A stretch of 64,000 bases of DNA from Candidatus Bathyarchaeota archaeon (lineage in GTDB: Archaea; Thermoproteota; Bathyarchaeia; Bathyarchaeales; Bathycorpusculaceae). The notes beneath the pieces are model-generated. The model worked only from the letters and a program-made list of their open reading frames with translations. It was not told the origin of the DNA and did not search any database. Both the position numbers and the translations under genes were made by a program. This document shows, one piece after another, positions 18,850-28,361 of the stretch. Position 1 is the stretch's first letter. Every line of letters begins with the position of its first letter. Location: the NCBI GenBank assembly GCA_963715865.1, contig OY970280.1, positions 480,001 to 544,000 on the forward strand. The letters are read 5' to 3'.

Positions 18850-19856
18850 TGGACGAAATAATCCGCGAAGACATCAAAAAAATAAAAAGCCACGTCAAAG
18901 GCGAATTCTTCTCAGAGAAGAAGATGCTGGTGACTGGAGGAGCGGGCTTCATCGGCAGCTGGCTCTGCGATGTTCTGCTTGACTTCGGCGCTCAAGTCAT
19001 GGTTCTTGATGATTTTTCAACAGGAAGAATGAAGAACATCGATCATCTGTTGCAAAACGCGAAGTTTAAGCTGATAAAATCAGATGTCTGTAAGTTTAAG
19101 AGTAAAGAAAAATTCGATATCATTCTTCACATGGCAGGGCATGCTTCTCCGGACGAGTATCAGGTTCACCCAATTGAAACGCTGCAGACTAGCGCTGTTG
19201 GCACCAAGAACATGGCGGAGCTAGCTCGAAAGAACGATGCCGCATTGCTGTTTGCTTCAACTTCAGAAGTTTACGGTGACGCGGAAGTTGTACCTACGCC
19301 TGAAAGTTACTGGGGAAAAGTTAACCCCGTTGGACCTAGGTCGTGTTATGATGAAGGAAAGCGTTTTGCTGAGGCTTTACTTATGGCTTATGTTAAGCAA
19401 TATGGGTTGGATGTTAGAGTTCCGAGAATCTTCAATTCCTATGGTCCGCGTTTGCGAGAGGATGGATTGTATGGTAGGGCTATGTCGCGTTTTATTTTGC
19501 AGGCGCTGTCTAATCAGCCCATAACTGTCTACGGCGATGGAAAGCAGACGCGGTCATTCTGTTACATAACAGACACGGTAACAGCGTTAATGTTGTTGAC
19601 GGCAAGCTCGAAGGCGAAGGGAGAAGTTGTAAACGTAGGCAATACCAGCGAAGTTACTATACTTGAGTTGGCGGAGAAAGTCAAAGAAACAACAAAATGC
19701 AAATCAACCATAGAATTTCACCCACTGCCCAAAGACGACCCGAAAAGGCGCTGCCCAGACACAAACAAGTTGGAGCGGCTTGTAGGGTGGAAACCAACCG
19801 TGAGCTTCGAAGAAGGGCTAAAGAGAACGATTGGGTGGTTTTCGCAAAAGAAGTAG
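18846..19856 (+). CDS. uxs: UDP-glucuronate decarboxylase (UDP-xylose synthase, SDR)
   Basis: TGGAGFIGS, ASTSEVYGD, CYDEGKR, RIFNSYGPR, DDPKRRCPD; ATGA overlap with galU. Confidence 0.9.
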   Translation: MMDEIIREDIKKIKSHVKGEFFSEKKMLVTGGAGFIGSWLCDVLLDFGAQVMVLDDFSTGRMKNIDHLLQNAKFKLIKSDVCKFKSKEKFDIILHMAGHASPDEYQVHPIETLQTSAVGTKNMAELARKNDAALLFASTSEVYGDAEVVPTPESYWGKVNPVGPRSCYDEGKRFAEALLMAYVKQYGLDVRVPRIFNSYGPRLREDGLYGRAMSRFILQALSNQPITVYGDGKQTRSFCYITDTVTALMLLTASSKAKGEVVNVGNTSEVTILELAEKVKETTKCKSTIEFHPLPKDDPKRRCPDTNKLERLVGWKPTVSFEEGLKRTIGWFSQKK

Positions 19857-19940
19857 TCGACACTTAACGTAGGATAAGTAACTTTGGTTAGCAGCTAGAT
19901 AAGTTTGTGTTTGGTGCTGCTATATTTTTATAATAGAATA

Positions 19941-19963
19941 GGTATTATTATTTTGGTAATACC
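19941..19963. promoter_or_regulatory. putative TA operator palindrome
   Basis: GGTATTA-N9-TAATACC just before the antitoxin start codon. Confidence 0.55.
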
Positions 19964-19965
19964 AA

Positions 19966-20196
19966 ATGGGTAATCAGGTTACTGTTACGGCTAAAATTCC
20001 TGCTGAACTTAAAAAGAAGCTCACCAAGCTGGGTGTAAACGTGAGTGAATTGACGCGGGAAGCTTTGCAAAGGGAAGTGGAACGTTTAGAGAGAGAAAGG
20101 CTTAGGAATCTAGCTGAAGAGGCAAGTAAAATTCTTCAAAAAGTTCCAGCTGAAGAGATCGTTGAAGCTGTGCGGGCGAGCAGGGAGAACCGTTAA
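19966..20196 (+). CDS. vapB: VapB-type antitoxin
   Basis: VTVTAKIPAELKKKL..LGVNVSELTREAL; coupled to PIN gene. Confidence 0.85.
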   Translation: MGNQVTVTAKIPAELKKKLTKLGVNVSELTREALQREVERLERERLRNLAEEASKILQKVPAEEIVEAVRASRENR

Positions 20197-20618
20197 TGAA
20201 GCGTCCGTTGCTTTTTGATGCTAGTAGCATCTTTGCGCTTGTTAGAGAACTCGGAGGCGAAGCTCCAAATAAGCTTCTGGAGGGCTCCACCATATCGTTG
20301 GCTTATTATGAGTTGGGCAACGCTTTGTGGAGAGAGTGTTCTTTGCTCAAACACATAAGTCAGGAAGAAGCAGAAAAACTGCTAAGGGCAATGTATGCAA
20401 TTCTTCAAGCAATGGACGTAGTTGGGTTGGAAAATGAAGATGAAGGCACCATAATCTTGGATAAGGCATGCAAATTTAACATTACTTATTATGATTCCGC
20501 GTATGTTGCTGAAGCGTGCAAATCCAAGAAAACCTTAGTAACAGATGATAAAAAACTTGCTAAAGCAGCAGAAAACGCAGGCATAAAAACCTTAACCAGC
20601 AGAGACCTTATTCGATAG
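20196..20618 (+). CDS. vapC: VapC PIN-domain toxin
   Basis: LFDASSI, YELGNALW, TYYDSAY, LVTDD. Confidence 0.9.
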   Translation: MKRPLLFDASSIFALVRELGGEAPNKLLEGSTISLAYYELGNALWRECSLLKHISQEEAEKLLRAMYAILQAMDVVGLENEDEGTIILDKACKFNITYYDSAYVAEACKSKKTLVTDDKKLAKAAENAGIKTLTSRDLIR

Positions 20619-20694
20619 GCATTTTTTATCACATGTTGAACTTATGTTTCTTATTCTAATTGTTTTTTTCTCAAACTGCAATTTTAAAATTCTT

Positions 20695-20772
20695 TGATAG
20701 AGTGGAAGCTAAATGTGAGTTTTGAATGAAGGGCTTAAGAGAACGATTGGGTGGTTTTCACAAAGGAATTAG
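20695..20772 (+). repeat. uxs 3'-end remnant R1
   Basis: gtgagttttgaatgaagggcttaagagaacgattgggtggttttcacaaag versus uxs gtgagcttcgaagaagggctaaagagaacgattgggtggttttcgcaaaag. Confidence 0.9.
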
Positions 20773-20882
20773 GCGCCGTTAAGGGGTTATCTTGTTTTCA
20801 GCTGTTCGTTTCCCTGGCTTGTTTTAGTGGTTTATGATTCGTCAGCGTGTAAAAGCGGGCGAGAAGAATTTTGAAGACTGAG

Positions 20883-21272
20883 TTATTTTATGAAAATTAC
20901 GTTTTTTAGTTTTTTGAAGTGTTCGTCGCCAGTCACTACTTCTGCCTTCTTGATTTGTCCAGTGGCGTAGACTATGGAGTCGGCTAATCCCCAGCCGTCG
21001 ATTTCCTTTTTCATTCTGTTCTGTATCTTGGCGGATTCCAGAGCGATGAGTTCGTCTAACGGCACTAAGGCGCTTTTTTCTTTTATGAAGGTTCTCTGCT
21101 TTTCTGCTAGTTCTTGGTTCTCCACTCTGAGGGTTTTAGCGTAGATTTCAGCTAGGCATATTGTCGGGGTAATTTTTTCTTCTTGGCCTTCGATGGTGGG
21201 TTTGACTTTTTCGCCTGTTTTGGTTCCCATGAAGTATTCTATCCACGCGTAGGAATCGATCACATATTTCAT
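20883..21272 (-). CDS. vapC: VapC PIN-domain toxin
   Basis: YVIDSYAWIEY, CLAEI, LADSIVYAT, VVTGDEHF. Confidence 0.92.
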   Translation of the reverse strand: MKYVIDSYAWIEYFMGTKTGEKVKPTIEGQEEKITPTICLAEIYAKTLRVENQELAEKQRTFIKEKSALVPLDELIALESAKIQNRMKKEIDGWGLADSIVYATGQIKKAEVVTGDEHFKKLKNVIFIK

Positions 21273-21713
21273 AGACAACGGTCCTTGTGGTCGCGGAGGT
21301 CGGTTAGGTCCGTTTGTTTCATAACGCCGAACATGCTGTCTTTTTTGGTGAAGTACTCGATGAGTATTTTGTTTATTTGGTTTGAGATGTTTCTGGCGCC
21401 CGCTTTCTCCTTTAAATTTTGGTAAACGTCGTCTCTTAGCGTTATTGTTGTTTTTTTGGTCGTGAACATCACCATAAACATGTATGTAAATGCCTTCATT
21501 AATAGTTTGCGAGTTGAAGTTGAGGGCAACTTTGATTTCAATTTTCGCATGGCTGGCATGGCGTCTTCTGATGAGAGAAACTGAACGTTGGGAATTATTA
21601 GGAAGTAACTATTTTTGAACTTGCAAAAAAGGTCAAAGAAGTATCCAAATGCAAATCGGCTATAGAGTTTCACCCGTTGTCAAAGCAGTACCCGAAAAGA
21701 CGCTACCCCGACA
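21172..21713. repeat. 542 bp inverted repeat, left copy (partner 32040-32581)
   Basis: Reverse complement matches 32040-32581; antitoxin translations identical in the ORF track. Confidence 0.95.
21269..21475 (-). CDS. vapB: VapB-type antitoxin
   Basis: KKTTITLRDDVYQNLK...SMFG; overlaps PIN start. Confidence 0.82.
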   Translation of the reverse strand: MVMFTTKKTTITLRDDVYQNLKEKAGARNISNQINKILIEYFTKKDSMFGVMKQTDLTDLRDHKDRCL

Positions 21714-21785
21714 TAAGCAAAATAGAGAAGCTTGTTGGGTGGATGCCGAATGTGAGCTTTGAAGAAGGACTTCGCAGAGTCTCTA
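21575..21785 (+). repeat. uxs 3'-end remnant R2
   Basis: Translates NVGNY*EVTIFELAKKVKEVSKCKSAIEFHPLSKQYPKRRYPDISKIEKLVGWMPNVSFEEGLRR, homologous to the uxs C-terminus. Confidence 0.92.
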
Positions 21786-22030
21786 TTCCCGTCGCAGTTT
21801 TCGAGCGTACTTGCCACAAGAAGTAGGAAGCATCTAGCACTTAACACGTTAAACATTCAGGGCATTCGAGAAAAAGCGGAAACGCAAATTTTGGGTGTCG
21901 TGTTTTGCTTTTTGGCGGGGAGTTGTTTGTTATCTTTCTTTGATTGTTTCGGTGGAAATGTTGAATATGGTGGTAAAGGGTGGTAAAGTATTAAAGTGTC
22001 TTTTTCTACTTTGTTTATTGGTGTAGTTTT

Positions 22031-22306
22031 GTGACTGTTACTGTAAAAATCGAGGAGGAGAAAAAGGCAAAAGTGGACCGTTTTTTAGCCTCCATTATGC
22101 TTCAGGAAGGTGTGAAGGTAACTCTGCAAGAAGCCATAGGTCTAATGATTGATTATGCGCTTGAAAATGAGGAAGAGGTCATTAAGAAGCTCAGGGAGTT
22201 GCCTGTTCTTGAGGAGGATCCGGCGTGGAAAGCGCTTAAAAATCCGAAGCATTGGGGAGTAAAAGATTCTTCGAAGAGGATAGATGAATTCGTGTACGGT
22301 TGCTGA
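22031..22306 (+). CDS. vapB: antitoxin (VapB-type, different family)
   Basis: TVKIEEEKKAKVDRF...LPVLEEDPAW...DSSKRIDEFVYG; overlaps PIN gene. Confidence 0.78.
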   Translation: MTVTVKIEEEKKAKVDRFLASIMLQEGVKVTLQEAIGLMIDYALENEEEVIKKLRELPVLEEDPAWKALKNPKHWGVKDSSKRIDEFVYGC

Positions 22307-22719
22307 ATGGCATGGCGGTTTTTGTGGATACTGGAATTTTTGTGGCTATGCACAATGCGGATGACGAGTTTCACTTAAGAAGCAAAGACCTTGTTGAGCG
22401 CGCTTTAAAGGGCGATTTTGGTCGGATATTTACTTCAGACTATGTGGTGGATGAGGCGATAACTACTGCTTTGGTGAGAACGAAGAGGCATGATTTGGCA
22501 TTAGACTTGGGAAGGTACATAATTGAGTCCCCGAGAATCACGAAGGTATGGGTTGGGGAAGATGCTTTTAAAAAGGCATGGGGAAAATTTAGGGTTTTTA
22601 AAGATAAGCCCTTAAGCTTTACAGATTGTACCTCAATAGCACTCGTTGAGATGAGTGGGATTAAGCAGATTATGAGTTTTGACTGCGGCTTTGACGGATT
22701 AGTCCCCAGAATTTGCTAG
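22300..22719 (+). CDS. vapC: VapC PIN-domain toxin
   Basis: VFVDTGIF, DYVVDEAIT, SFTDCTS, SFDCGFD; likely start ATG 22312. Confidence 0.92.
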   Translation: MLNGMAVFVDTGIFVAMHNADDEFHLRSKDLVERALKGDFGRIFTSDYVVDEAITTALVRTKRHDLALDLGRYIIESPRITKVWVGEDAFKKAWGKFRVFKDKPLSFTDCTSIALVEMSGIKQIMSFDCGFDGLVPRIC

Positions 22720-22725
22720 TTAGCC

Positions 22726-22922
22726 TTATAGAACTGGCTCTAAGAAAAATAAAAGAATCCCACAGTGCAAATCCACCAGAGCTTCATCCGTTGTCTTGAG
22801 ACGACCCGAAAAGACGCTGCCCAGACACAAGCAAACTAGAAAGGATTGTTGGGTGGAAGCCGAACGTGAGCTTTGAAGAAGGGTTGAAGAGGACTGTAGC
22901 TTGGTTCTCAAGAAAGCCGTAA
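22726..22922 (+). repeat. uxs 3'-end remnant R3
   Basis: HPLS*DDPKRRCPDTSKLERIVGWKPNVSFEEGLKRTVAWFSRKP*. Confidence 0.93.
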
Positions 22923-22993
22923 AGAACGGAAAACGGTCCCTTTTTATTTTTTGCAAGTTTTGAAGCTAATTCTTCAAAAACTTCTTATTTTTC

Positions 22994-23173
22994 AATAGGA
23001 AGGGGCTTGAAATGGGCTTGGAATTGCTAAAGCTTGAAGATAACGGCTTGCAGTGTTGGAAGTTTGTGAAGGAATTAGGTGTGAAACATGCGCTTACTTG
23101 TCATTATTTGCACAATTTTGATGCGTTTGTGCGCGATAAATGGCGTTTTGGGAAGCTTCCAAGAAAATGTTAA
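22994..23173 (+). pseudogene. degenerate copy of the TerS-like N-terminus
   Basis: NRKGLEMGLELLKLEDNGLQCWKFVKELGVKH versus NEKTLERRLELLRLEGNGFQPSEIVKELSVKY at 24979. Confidence 0.7.
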
Positions 23174-23378
23174 GGGTGACGTGATGCAGAAAACAATTCA
23201 TTCAGAAGACATGTAAACGCTAGCTTGTTTAAGGCTTAGGCTGCTGAAAAAATTATTGAAAAACGATAGGGGCACTCAGCGTAATCCGATTTCGTCAAAG
23301 CCCTCTATTGCATATTCCCAGCGTTTACATTCGAGATTCTCAAGCATTTTTTATGTTAAGCAAAGCATCATTATGAGT

Positions 23379-24596
23379 CTAGTGGGGCAGGAAGAAAGCA
23401 CCTATGCCTGGAGGTGGAGTTCGTTTTAGTTGCCAAGCAGCCAACGCTAAAGCTACAACGCAGTCATCGTGGTAGCCTTCAGGCGCCCCATACTGCACAT
23501 TTCCACTTGGCGTAGTCTTGTAACCGTACAGCTTAAGCTCATTGATCAACTCGGGAACCTGTGGTAACGTCAGCTGCTGATTCTCAATCATTATGCTCAA
23601 GTTCTCGATAAGGTCTTTTTTCGTTGCGTTCGTGAACTTGTAACCTTCAACACGGATGTTTTCACGGTGGAGCTCATCGCATATTGGATCACCAACACCT
23701 GTACTATCGATAAGCAAGCGAGCATCATATCGCTGGGCAAGTTGAACTATGCGTTTACGCTGCAAAACCCAGTCTAACTCGCTAAACCTGTCGAAAGCGC
23801 AGAGGTGCCCGTCCATATCTAAAACGCAAAGCACTGTGAAGTCTTCAAGCTTAGCAAGGTCAGCGCCCATAACGTACTGTTTATGTTGTTCAAAGGTTTG
23901 AAAGCTGCCTTTGACTATGCGGTCAACGCCTCGGAAAACACTGCCAACATCCTCAAGAAACTCAGCGAGAACCTCTTGACGGTAAGCCAGCTCAGGCATA
24001 TCCCTGGCGAAAGCCGCAATCTCTGCTGGATCCAAATATGGGTTGCTGGCGCTTGGGAAACTCCAGCTCTTATAATCAGTCTGCGACGGGTCTTGCCCGC
24101 GAGTCCAGAGCCGAAAATACCAGTTATGCCCTCTTGGCGTGCCCGTGAAAAAAGCTATTCCTTTCTCATCCATAAGCGCTGGTCTAAGCGCAAGAGTCCA
24201 AGCTTCCTCAGCAATCTGTGCACCCTCATCAACCCAGAGAACTTTTACGCCTTGGCTCCTAAGTGAATCAGGGTTATCTGCGCTCTTAAACCAGATATTG
24301 CGGTTACCCTTGAGGATAACATGGCGGTCAGCGCGATGAATTTCCTCTATCAGTTCAGCTGGGCAAAAATTGAAGAACTCACTCCATTGCCGCTGAGTAT
24401 GCCAATAAGTGGGAGCTACAGCGAAGCCTACTATGTTTGGGTCTTGTTTCCACATTTGCCTTATGAATTCGTTGGCGCCTGCAACAGTTTTACCCCAGCG
24501 ACGCCCACAGTTAAGCACCCTAAACCTTGCTGCGTGATAGTGGAATTCAACTTGCCCAGAGTGAGGCTTGTACCTAATCAGTATTCTTTTTTGCAA
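23379..24596 (-). CDS. phage terminase large subunit
   Basis: GRRWGKT Walker A, WVDEGA Walker B, GTP coupling motif, nuclease DLAKLED and HDDCV. Confidence 0.92.
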   Translation of the reverse strand: MQKRILIRYKPHSGQVEFHYHAARFRVLNCGRRWGKTVAGANEFIRQMWKQDPNIVGFAVAPTYWHTQRQWSEFFNFCPAELIEEIHRADRHVILKGNRNIWFKSADNPDSLRSQGVKVLWVDEGAQIAEEAWTLALRPALMDEKGIAFFTGTPRGHNWYFRLWTRGQDPSQTDYKSWSFPSASNPYLDPAEIAAFARDMPELAYRQEVLAEFLEDVGSVFRGVDRIVKGSFQTFEQHKQYVMGADLAKLEDFTVLCVLDMDGHLCAFDRFSELDWVLQRKRIVQLAQRYDARLLIDSTGVGDPICDELHRENIRVEGYKFTNATKKDLIENLSIMIENQQLTLPQVPELINELKLYGYKTTPSGNVQYGAPEGYHDDCVVALALAAWQLKRTPPPGIGAFFLPH

Positions 24597-24979
24597 ACCT
24601 TAGGGTCCTCCCATTTGATGACAGTTTCTTCAGGCTCAGCGGACTTTTGAGATTTAGCGCCTGTTAACTCAGCGAGGTCAAAGTTTATCTGCCGCAGAAG
24701 ATTCAAAGCAGTTATCCGAGCCCGGTCAGACTTAGCCTGCATATACGCGACTACAGCTTTCCGATACAGCTGCTCATGCCTATTGCGAACTTTAAGCAGA
24801 GCATCCTTCGTCTCTTGCAACAGAGGCTGCCAGCTCCTTCGAGTCTCAAAATCCAAGTAAACTGCACGCTGAGTAACTCCATACTTAACACTTAATTCCT
24901 TCACAATCTCAGAAGGCTGAAAACCGTTTCCTTCAAGCCTCAACAGTTCCAAGCGTCTTTCAAGCGTCTTCTCGTTCAT
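24578..24979 (-). CDS. putative terminase small subunit (HTH)
   Basis: HTH-like N-terminus, helical middle, EETVIKW tail; overlaps TerL start. Confidence 0.6.
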   Translation of the reverse strand: MNEKTLERRLELLRLEGNGFQPSEIVKELSVKYGVTQRAVYLDFETRRSWQPLLQETKDALLKVRNRHEQLYRKAVVAYMQAKSDRARITALNLLRQINFDLAELTGAKSQKSAEPEETVIKWEDPKVCKKEY

Positions 24980-24998
24980 AATTCAGCACCTTTTTCTC

Positions 24999-26097
24999 TT
25001 ACTCGGATGAATAGCCTCCGCATGTTCGTTTCTGAGGAATATATTCAAGGGAAACGGTAAGACGCCGCTTACTGCTAGACTTTAGCAATTCCCGATTTAT
25101 CCGAGTGTCCTCTCGCCCATGGCTGCCATGGCCAACACGCTTAACTCTCCAGTTACCCAGATTTCCGCGGACGAGCTGAGGATTGCTCGTAACCAGATAG
25201 AAGGGCAAATTCACCTGAGAAGTGTAAAGCTCAGCGATAAAATTTAGTAGCCTTTTGCCGATACCTATGCCCTGGTAATCAGGCAAGACAACTAAGCGGC
25301 TGACGCGATAATAATTTGCCCTCATACGAATGTGCACTACAGCCATGAATGCTACCGGCTTATCCTGATTGACCGCCGCGTAGCATCGGGCGGTTGAAGG
25401 AAGTGAACCGCTTAGATAGTGATAGTGCCGAAACATTTTCCAAAGGGAAGCGCCGCACCGATAAACTTTGAGTTCAACGGGCGGCCGAGCTCTTTTTTTC
25501 GGTCAAACTCCATCGTATCAGTGCAGAAGACCCAGTCTGGATCCAACCAATCAACTAACGTCATAATGGCAGGTTACGGCAATGAATTTCTTGTCTTTCT
25601 GGCGCCGAATTGCCTTGCTGATTGCGTAAGAAGCGATCTTTGCAACTTCTCGGTCCACAACTGACGTGAACTCATCGAAAACGATAACTTTCTGAGAAAG
25701 ACAGAGAGCACGAGCGATATCAACGCGCATCTTCTCCCCTTGGCTAAGGCAGCTGTAAGCTTTGAGCCAGTCTGGAGGACTAGCAAAGCCAACGCTGCAG
25801 AGCAGTCGTGTTATTTCGCTTGTTTCTATAGTCTTCAGGAAAATCATCCAGTATGCATTGGTGCGTGTACTCGAAGCCAGTGAAGTAGGAGTCTGGGAAG
25901 AGCTGTTTGGCTATGCTTGATTTGCCTGAGCCGCTGCGCCCCACGATTATGCCGATCTGCCAGTCGTCGCCTTCTATTGGCAGCGAGCCTTTGAAACGCT
26001 TCTGCAACTTAACATCGTTTAGCGTGAAGCTGCCCACGACGCTTTGGGCTCGGAAACTGTCTGGTTCACTCCAACTGTTTACAAAATCAAAATCCAA
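24999..26097 (-). pseudogene. phage ABC-ATPase + GNAT acetyltransferase gene, split over several frames
   Basis: GRSGSGKS, LSQGEKMR, VFDEF, VTCH; GNAT RLVVLPDYQGIGIG; shifts near 25830, 25555 and at the A7 run 25493-25499. Confidence 0.8.
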
Positions 26098-26110
26098 ACT
26101 GTCAAGCCTC

Positions 26111-26680
26111 CTAAAGATTCAGGACTCTTACCTTGTAGCCTTCAGCCTTGAGTTTCTCAAAGAAGCACTGCTGTTCCGCCTCATCCTTGCATTCTATAAT
26201 GAGCTCGTAGCTGCCAGGTATGATGCTTGAGCCTTCATGTTCACCACCAAGGTCTTCGGGAAGCTTCTCGCCAACAGACTCTAACAAGGCTTTGAGACAG
26301 TCTTTTTCGCCAGCCTCTATAATGCGCATGTACTCAGCGCCGTCAAGCTCCTTGTTATGCTTGCCCTTGAGCTTGTTCAGAATTTGCCGAAGCATCCTTC
26401 TGTCGACGTCAGAAACAGGCAGCCGAAGAACTGGAGCAAAAAACTCGCCATGCCCCTTGCAGACTTCCGCCCGTTGCTCGCCATCAGCAAAAACGCCATC
26501 CTTGTTAGTTATGATAGGGTAAGTCCAGCCGTACTTCTGAAGGCTAAGCCAAACCTGATCCTTCTGCTTTATCGTCATCTTATTAGGGTTATTTTCGTCG
26601 CTTCTTAAAAGCCGAAGATCTTCAATGAGGGACAGATAAGCGTCAGGAACCTTAATTGTTGTTTTCTTTTCAGCCAACAT
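26111..26680 (-). CDS. ParB/Srx-like nuclease-domain protein (phage type)
   Basis: ENNPNKM...LQKYGWTYPIIT...ADGEQR; C-terminal IIECKDEAEQ..FEKL..EGYKVR. Confidence 0.8.
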   Translation of the reverse strand: MLAEKKTTIKVPDAYLSLIEDLRLLRSDENNPNKMTIKQKDQVWLSLQKYGWTYPIITNKDGVFADGEQRAEVCKGHGEFFAPVLRLPVSDVDRRMLRQILNKLKGKHNKELDGAEYMRIIEAGEKDCLKALLESVGEKLPEDLGGEHEGSSIIPGSYELIIECKDEAEQQCFFEKLKAEGYKVRVLNL

Positions 26681-26917
26681 GACACCCTACCGTTATCTTC
26701 TTTGTTGTTCTTCTCTGGTCTTGAAAACTTTTTCAAGCAAGTCTTTTTGCGGTATTCTGATTTCAATCGTGTTGTTACACATTTTTTTATCATCGCAAAA
26801 TATATATTAGCACCTTGCTGTTATATATCTTTAAGATACATAGCTAAATGATGCGGTATATATCTGAAAGCGCCGAATAGCTGTATATCGTAAAAAACTT
26901 GCAAGAGGGGACTATAG

Positions 26918-27727
26918 ATGCCAAAAAGAATAACAAATCCACTGAGAGCAGGATTGCCTTCAAAAATCTACTATTTAGCGTACAGTGGCCCTATAACTGG
27001 TTATGAAATAGCACAAAGGATTTACGGAATAAAACCTCCAGCCATTCCGCCAACAGCTAAAACTTACGAATGGATCAAGAAGCTAAAAGATCAAAGAATA
27101 CTTTCAGAAACAGAACATGGATGTATGTCCAATGTTGAGCCATTGCTGAATGAAATTGAATTGACTCTTAAAAAGAAAGATAGCTCTGATTTTTCAAACT
27201 TTGAAAAGCATATGACGGGAAAGATTCTAGGCTGTAGGGAGTTTAGGGCTTTTATAGGTAGATTTAATCTCGAAAGTTTCTCGCAAGATCAAGATTTTGA
27301 TGCTGCGTTCAGAATGATGGATCTTCTAAGCTTTCAAGCTATCCGCATCTTTTCATCAGGTGTCTCTAAATACGAGGCTAAGACTCAAAAAGAATTTGAT
27401 AAATTGTTTGATGCGGCTATTACGTTGATTCATAATCCCGAATTTCAAAAGGAGTTACAAGAAGTAAACTTACTTAAAGATATAAAGGATCCCAAGCAAT
27501 TAAGCGAAACAAAGAAGCTAATAAGTAAAATGAAAAATTACCCTTTATTTGACATCGACAACTTAGGCATCTTCCTAGCAGTTCCCAACCGAACCCTAAA
27601 AAAACTGTGCAAACTCAACAAATATTACGAAATGATAGAATCCTTAAGCAGTAACCCGCTATATTTTAAGACATTCCAAGCATTTGCTCAAAAACTATAC
27701 ATCCAAAGACGAGAAAAGACTGACTGA
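26918..27727 (+). CDS. hypothetical protein with wHTH-like N-terminus
   Basis: SKIYYLAY..PITGYEIAQRIY; divergent from the ParB gene. Confidence 0.6.
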   Translation: MPKRITNPLRAGLPSKIYYLAYSGPITGYEIAQRIYGIKPPAIPPTAKTYEWIKKLKDQRILSETEHGCMSNVEPLLNEIELTLKKKDSSDFSNFEKHMTGKILGCREFRAFIGRFNLESFSQDQDFDAAFRMMDLLSFQAIRIFSSGVSKYEAKTQKEFDKLFDAAITLIHNPEFQKELQEVNLLKDIKDPKQLSETKKLISKMKNYPLFDIDNLGIFLAVPNRTLKKLCKLNKYYEMIESLSSNPLYFKTFQAFAQKLYIQRREKTD

Positions 27728-27754
27728 TTTTCTATCTCTATAGCAATGATTTAG
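27511..27754 (+). repeat. about 240 bp direct repeat, copy 1 (gene 3' end plus UTR)
   Basis: Matches 28362-28603 with substitutions and indels. Confidence 0.9.
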
Positions 27755-27774
27755 TCGATTCTCTTCAATCAGAG

Positions 27775-28035
27775 CTATTTCATTTTGTAGACGTTTTTAC
27801 GATGACCAACTGCCAAGAGGATAATTTTCCCGCCTTCGATTCGGTATAGGACGCGGTACTTTCCAACTCTTGTTGAAAATACGCCTTTGAATTCTCCATG
27901 CAACGGTTTATCTACTTTAGGGTTGTTTTCCCATGAATAGACTTCTTTGATTATTTGAACCTGAGCTTTCTGGTCAAGAGTTCTGATTTGTTTCGAAAAA
28001 CGATGAGTCAGCTCAACTGTGAACTTGTGTTTCAA
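27775..28035 (-). CDS. relE: RelE/ParE-family toxin
   Basis: KPLHGEFKGVFSTRVGKYRVLYRI...LAVGHRKNVY. Confidence 0.9.
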   Translation of the reverse strand: MKHKFTVELTHRFSKQIRTLDQKAQVQIIKEVYSWENNPKVDKPLHGEFKGVFSTRVGKYRVLYRIEGGKIILLAVGHRKNVYKMK

Positions 28036-28219
28036 GGTGCAAATCCCGCACTAGCTCATCTAGCGTCATGGTTTTTCCCTGTTTAGCTTCGCGCAAAGAA
28101 GCCCGTAGGTCTTTTACCAATTTCTTGTCCTGCATGACTTCAAGCGTCTCGAGCAGTTCTTCCATCAGGCTTGCTGCTTTCGTGAGCAGTTCTTTTTCGT
28201 CGGTTGTTAAGAGAGCCAT
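28013..28219 (-). CDS. RelB-like antitoxin
   Basis: ELLETLEVMQDKKLVKDLRASLREAKQGKTMTLDEL; overlaps toxin. Confidence 0.8.
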   Translation of the reverse strand: MALLTTDEKELLTKAASLMEELLETLEVMQDKKLVKDLRASLREAKQGKTMTLDELVRDLHLETQVHS

Positions 28220-28361
28220 AATTGTATGCGCCGTTGTTTAAGATATGAGCGATGGGGTTCTTATCTTTTGCTTTCCGGTAGGGAAAAATTGGGGAGAGCT
28301 TTAAAACTAAGCCTGAACGCTCGCATTGTCTGCTTCTTTGAATAAAACCAAAATTAAGAAA

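Noticed and set aside
21476-21673. Long N-terminus on the antitoxin ORF (also 32080-32277)
   Set aside because: Antisense of the uxs remnant plus promoter; not antitoxin-like.
22726-22956. 76 aa minus-strand ORF (and the similar one at 19681-19863)
   Set aside because: Antisense shadow of the uxs C-terminal sequence.
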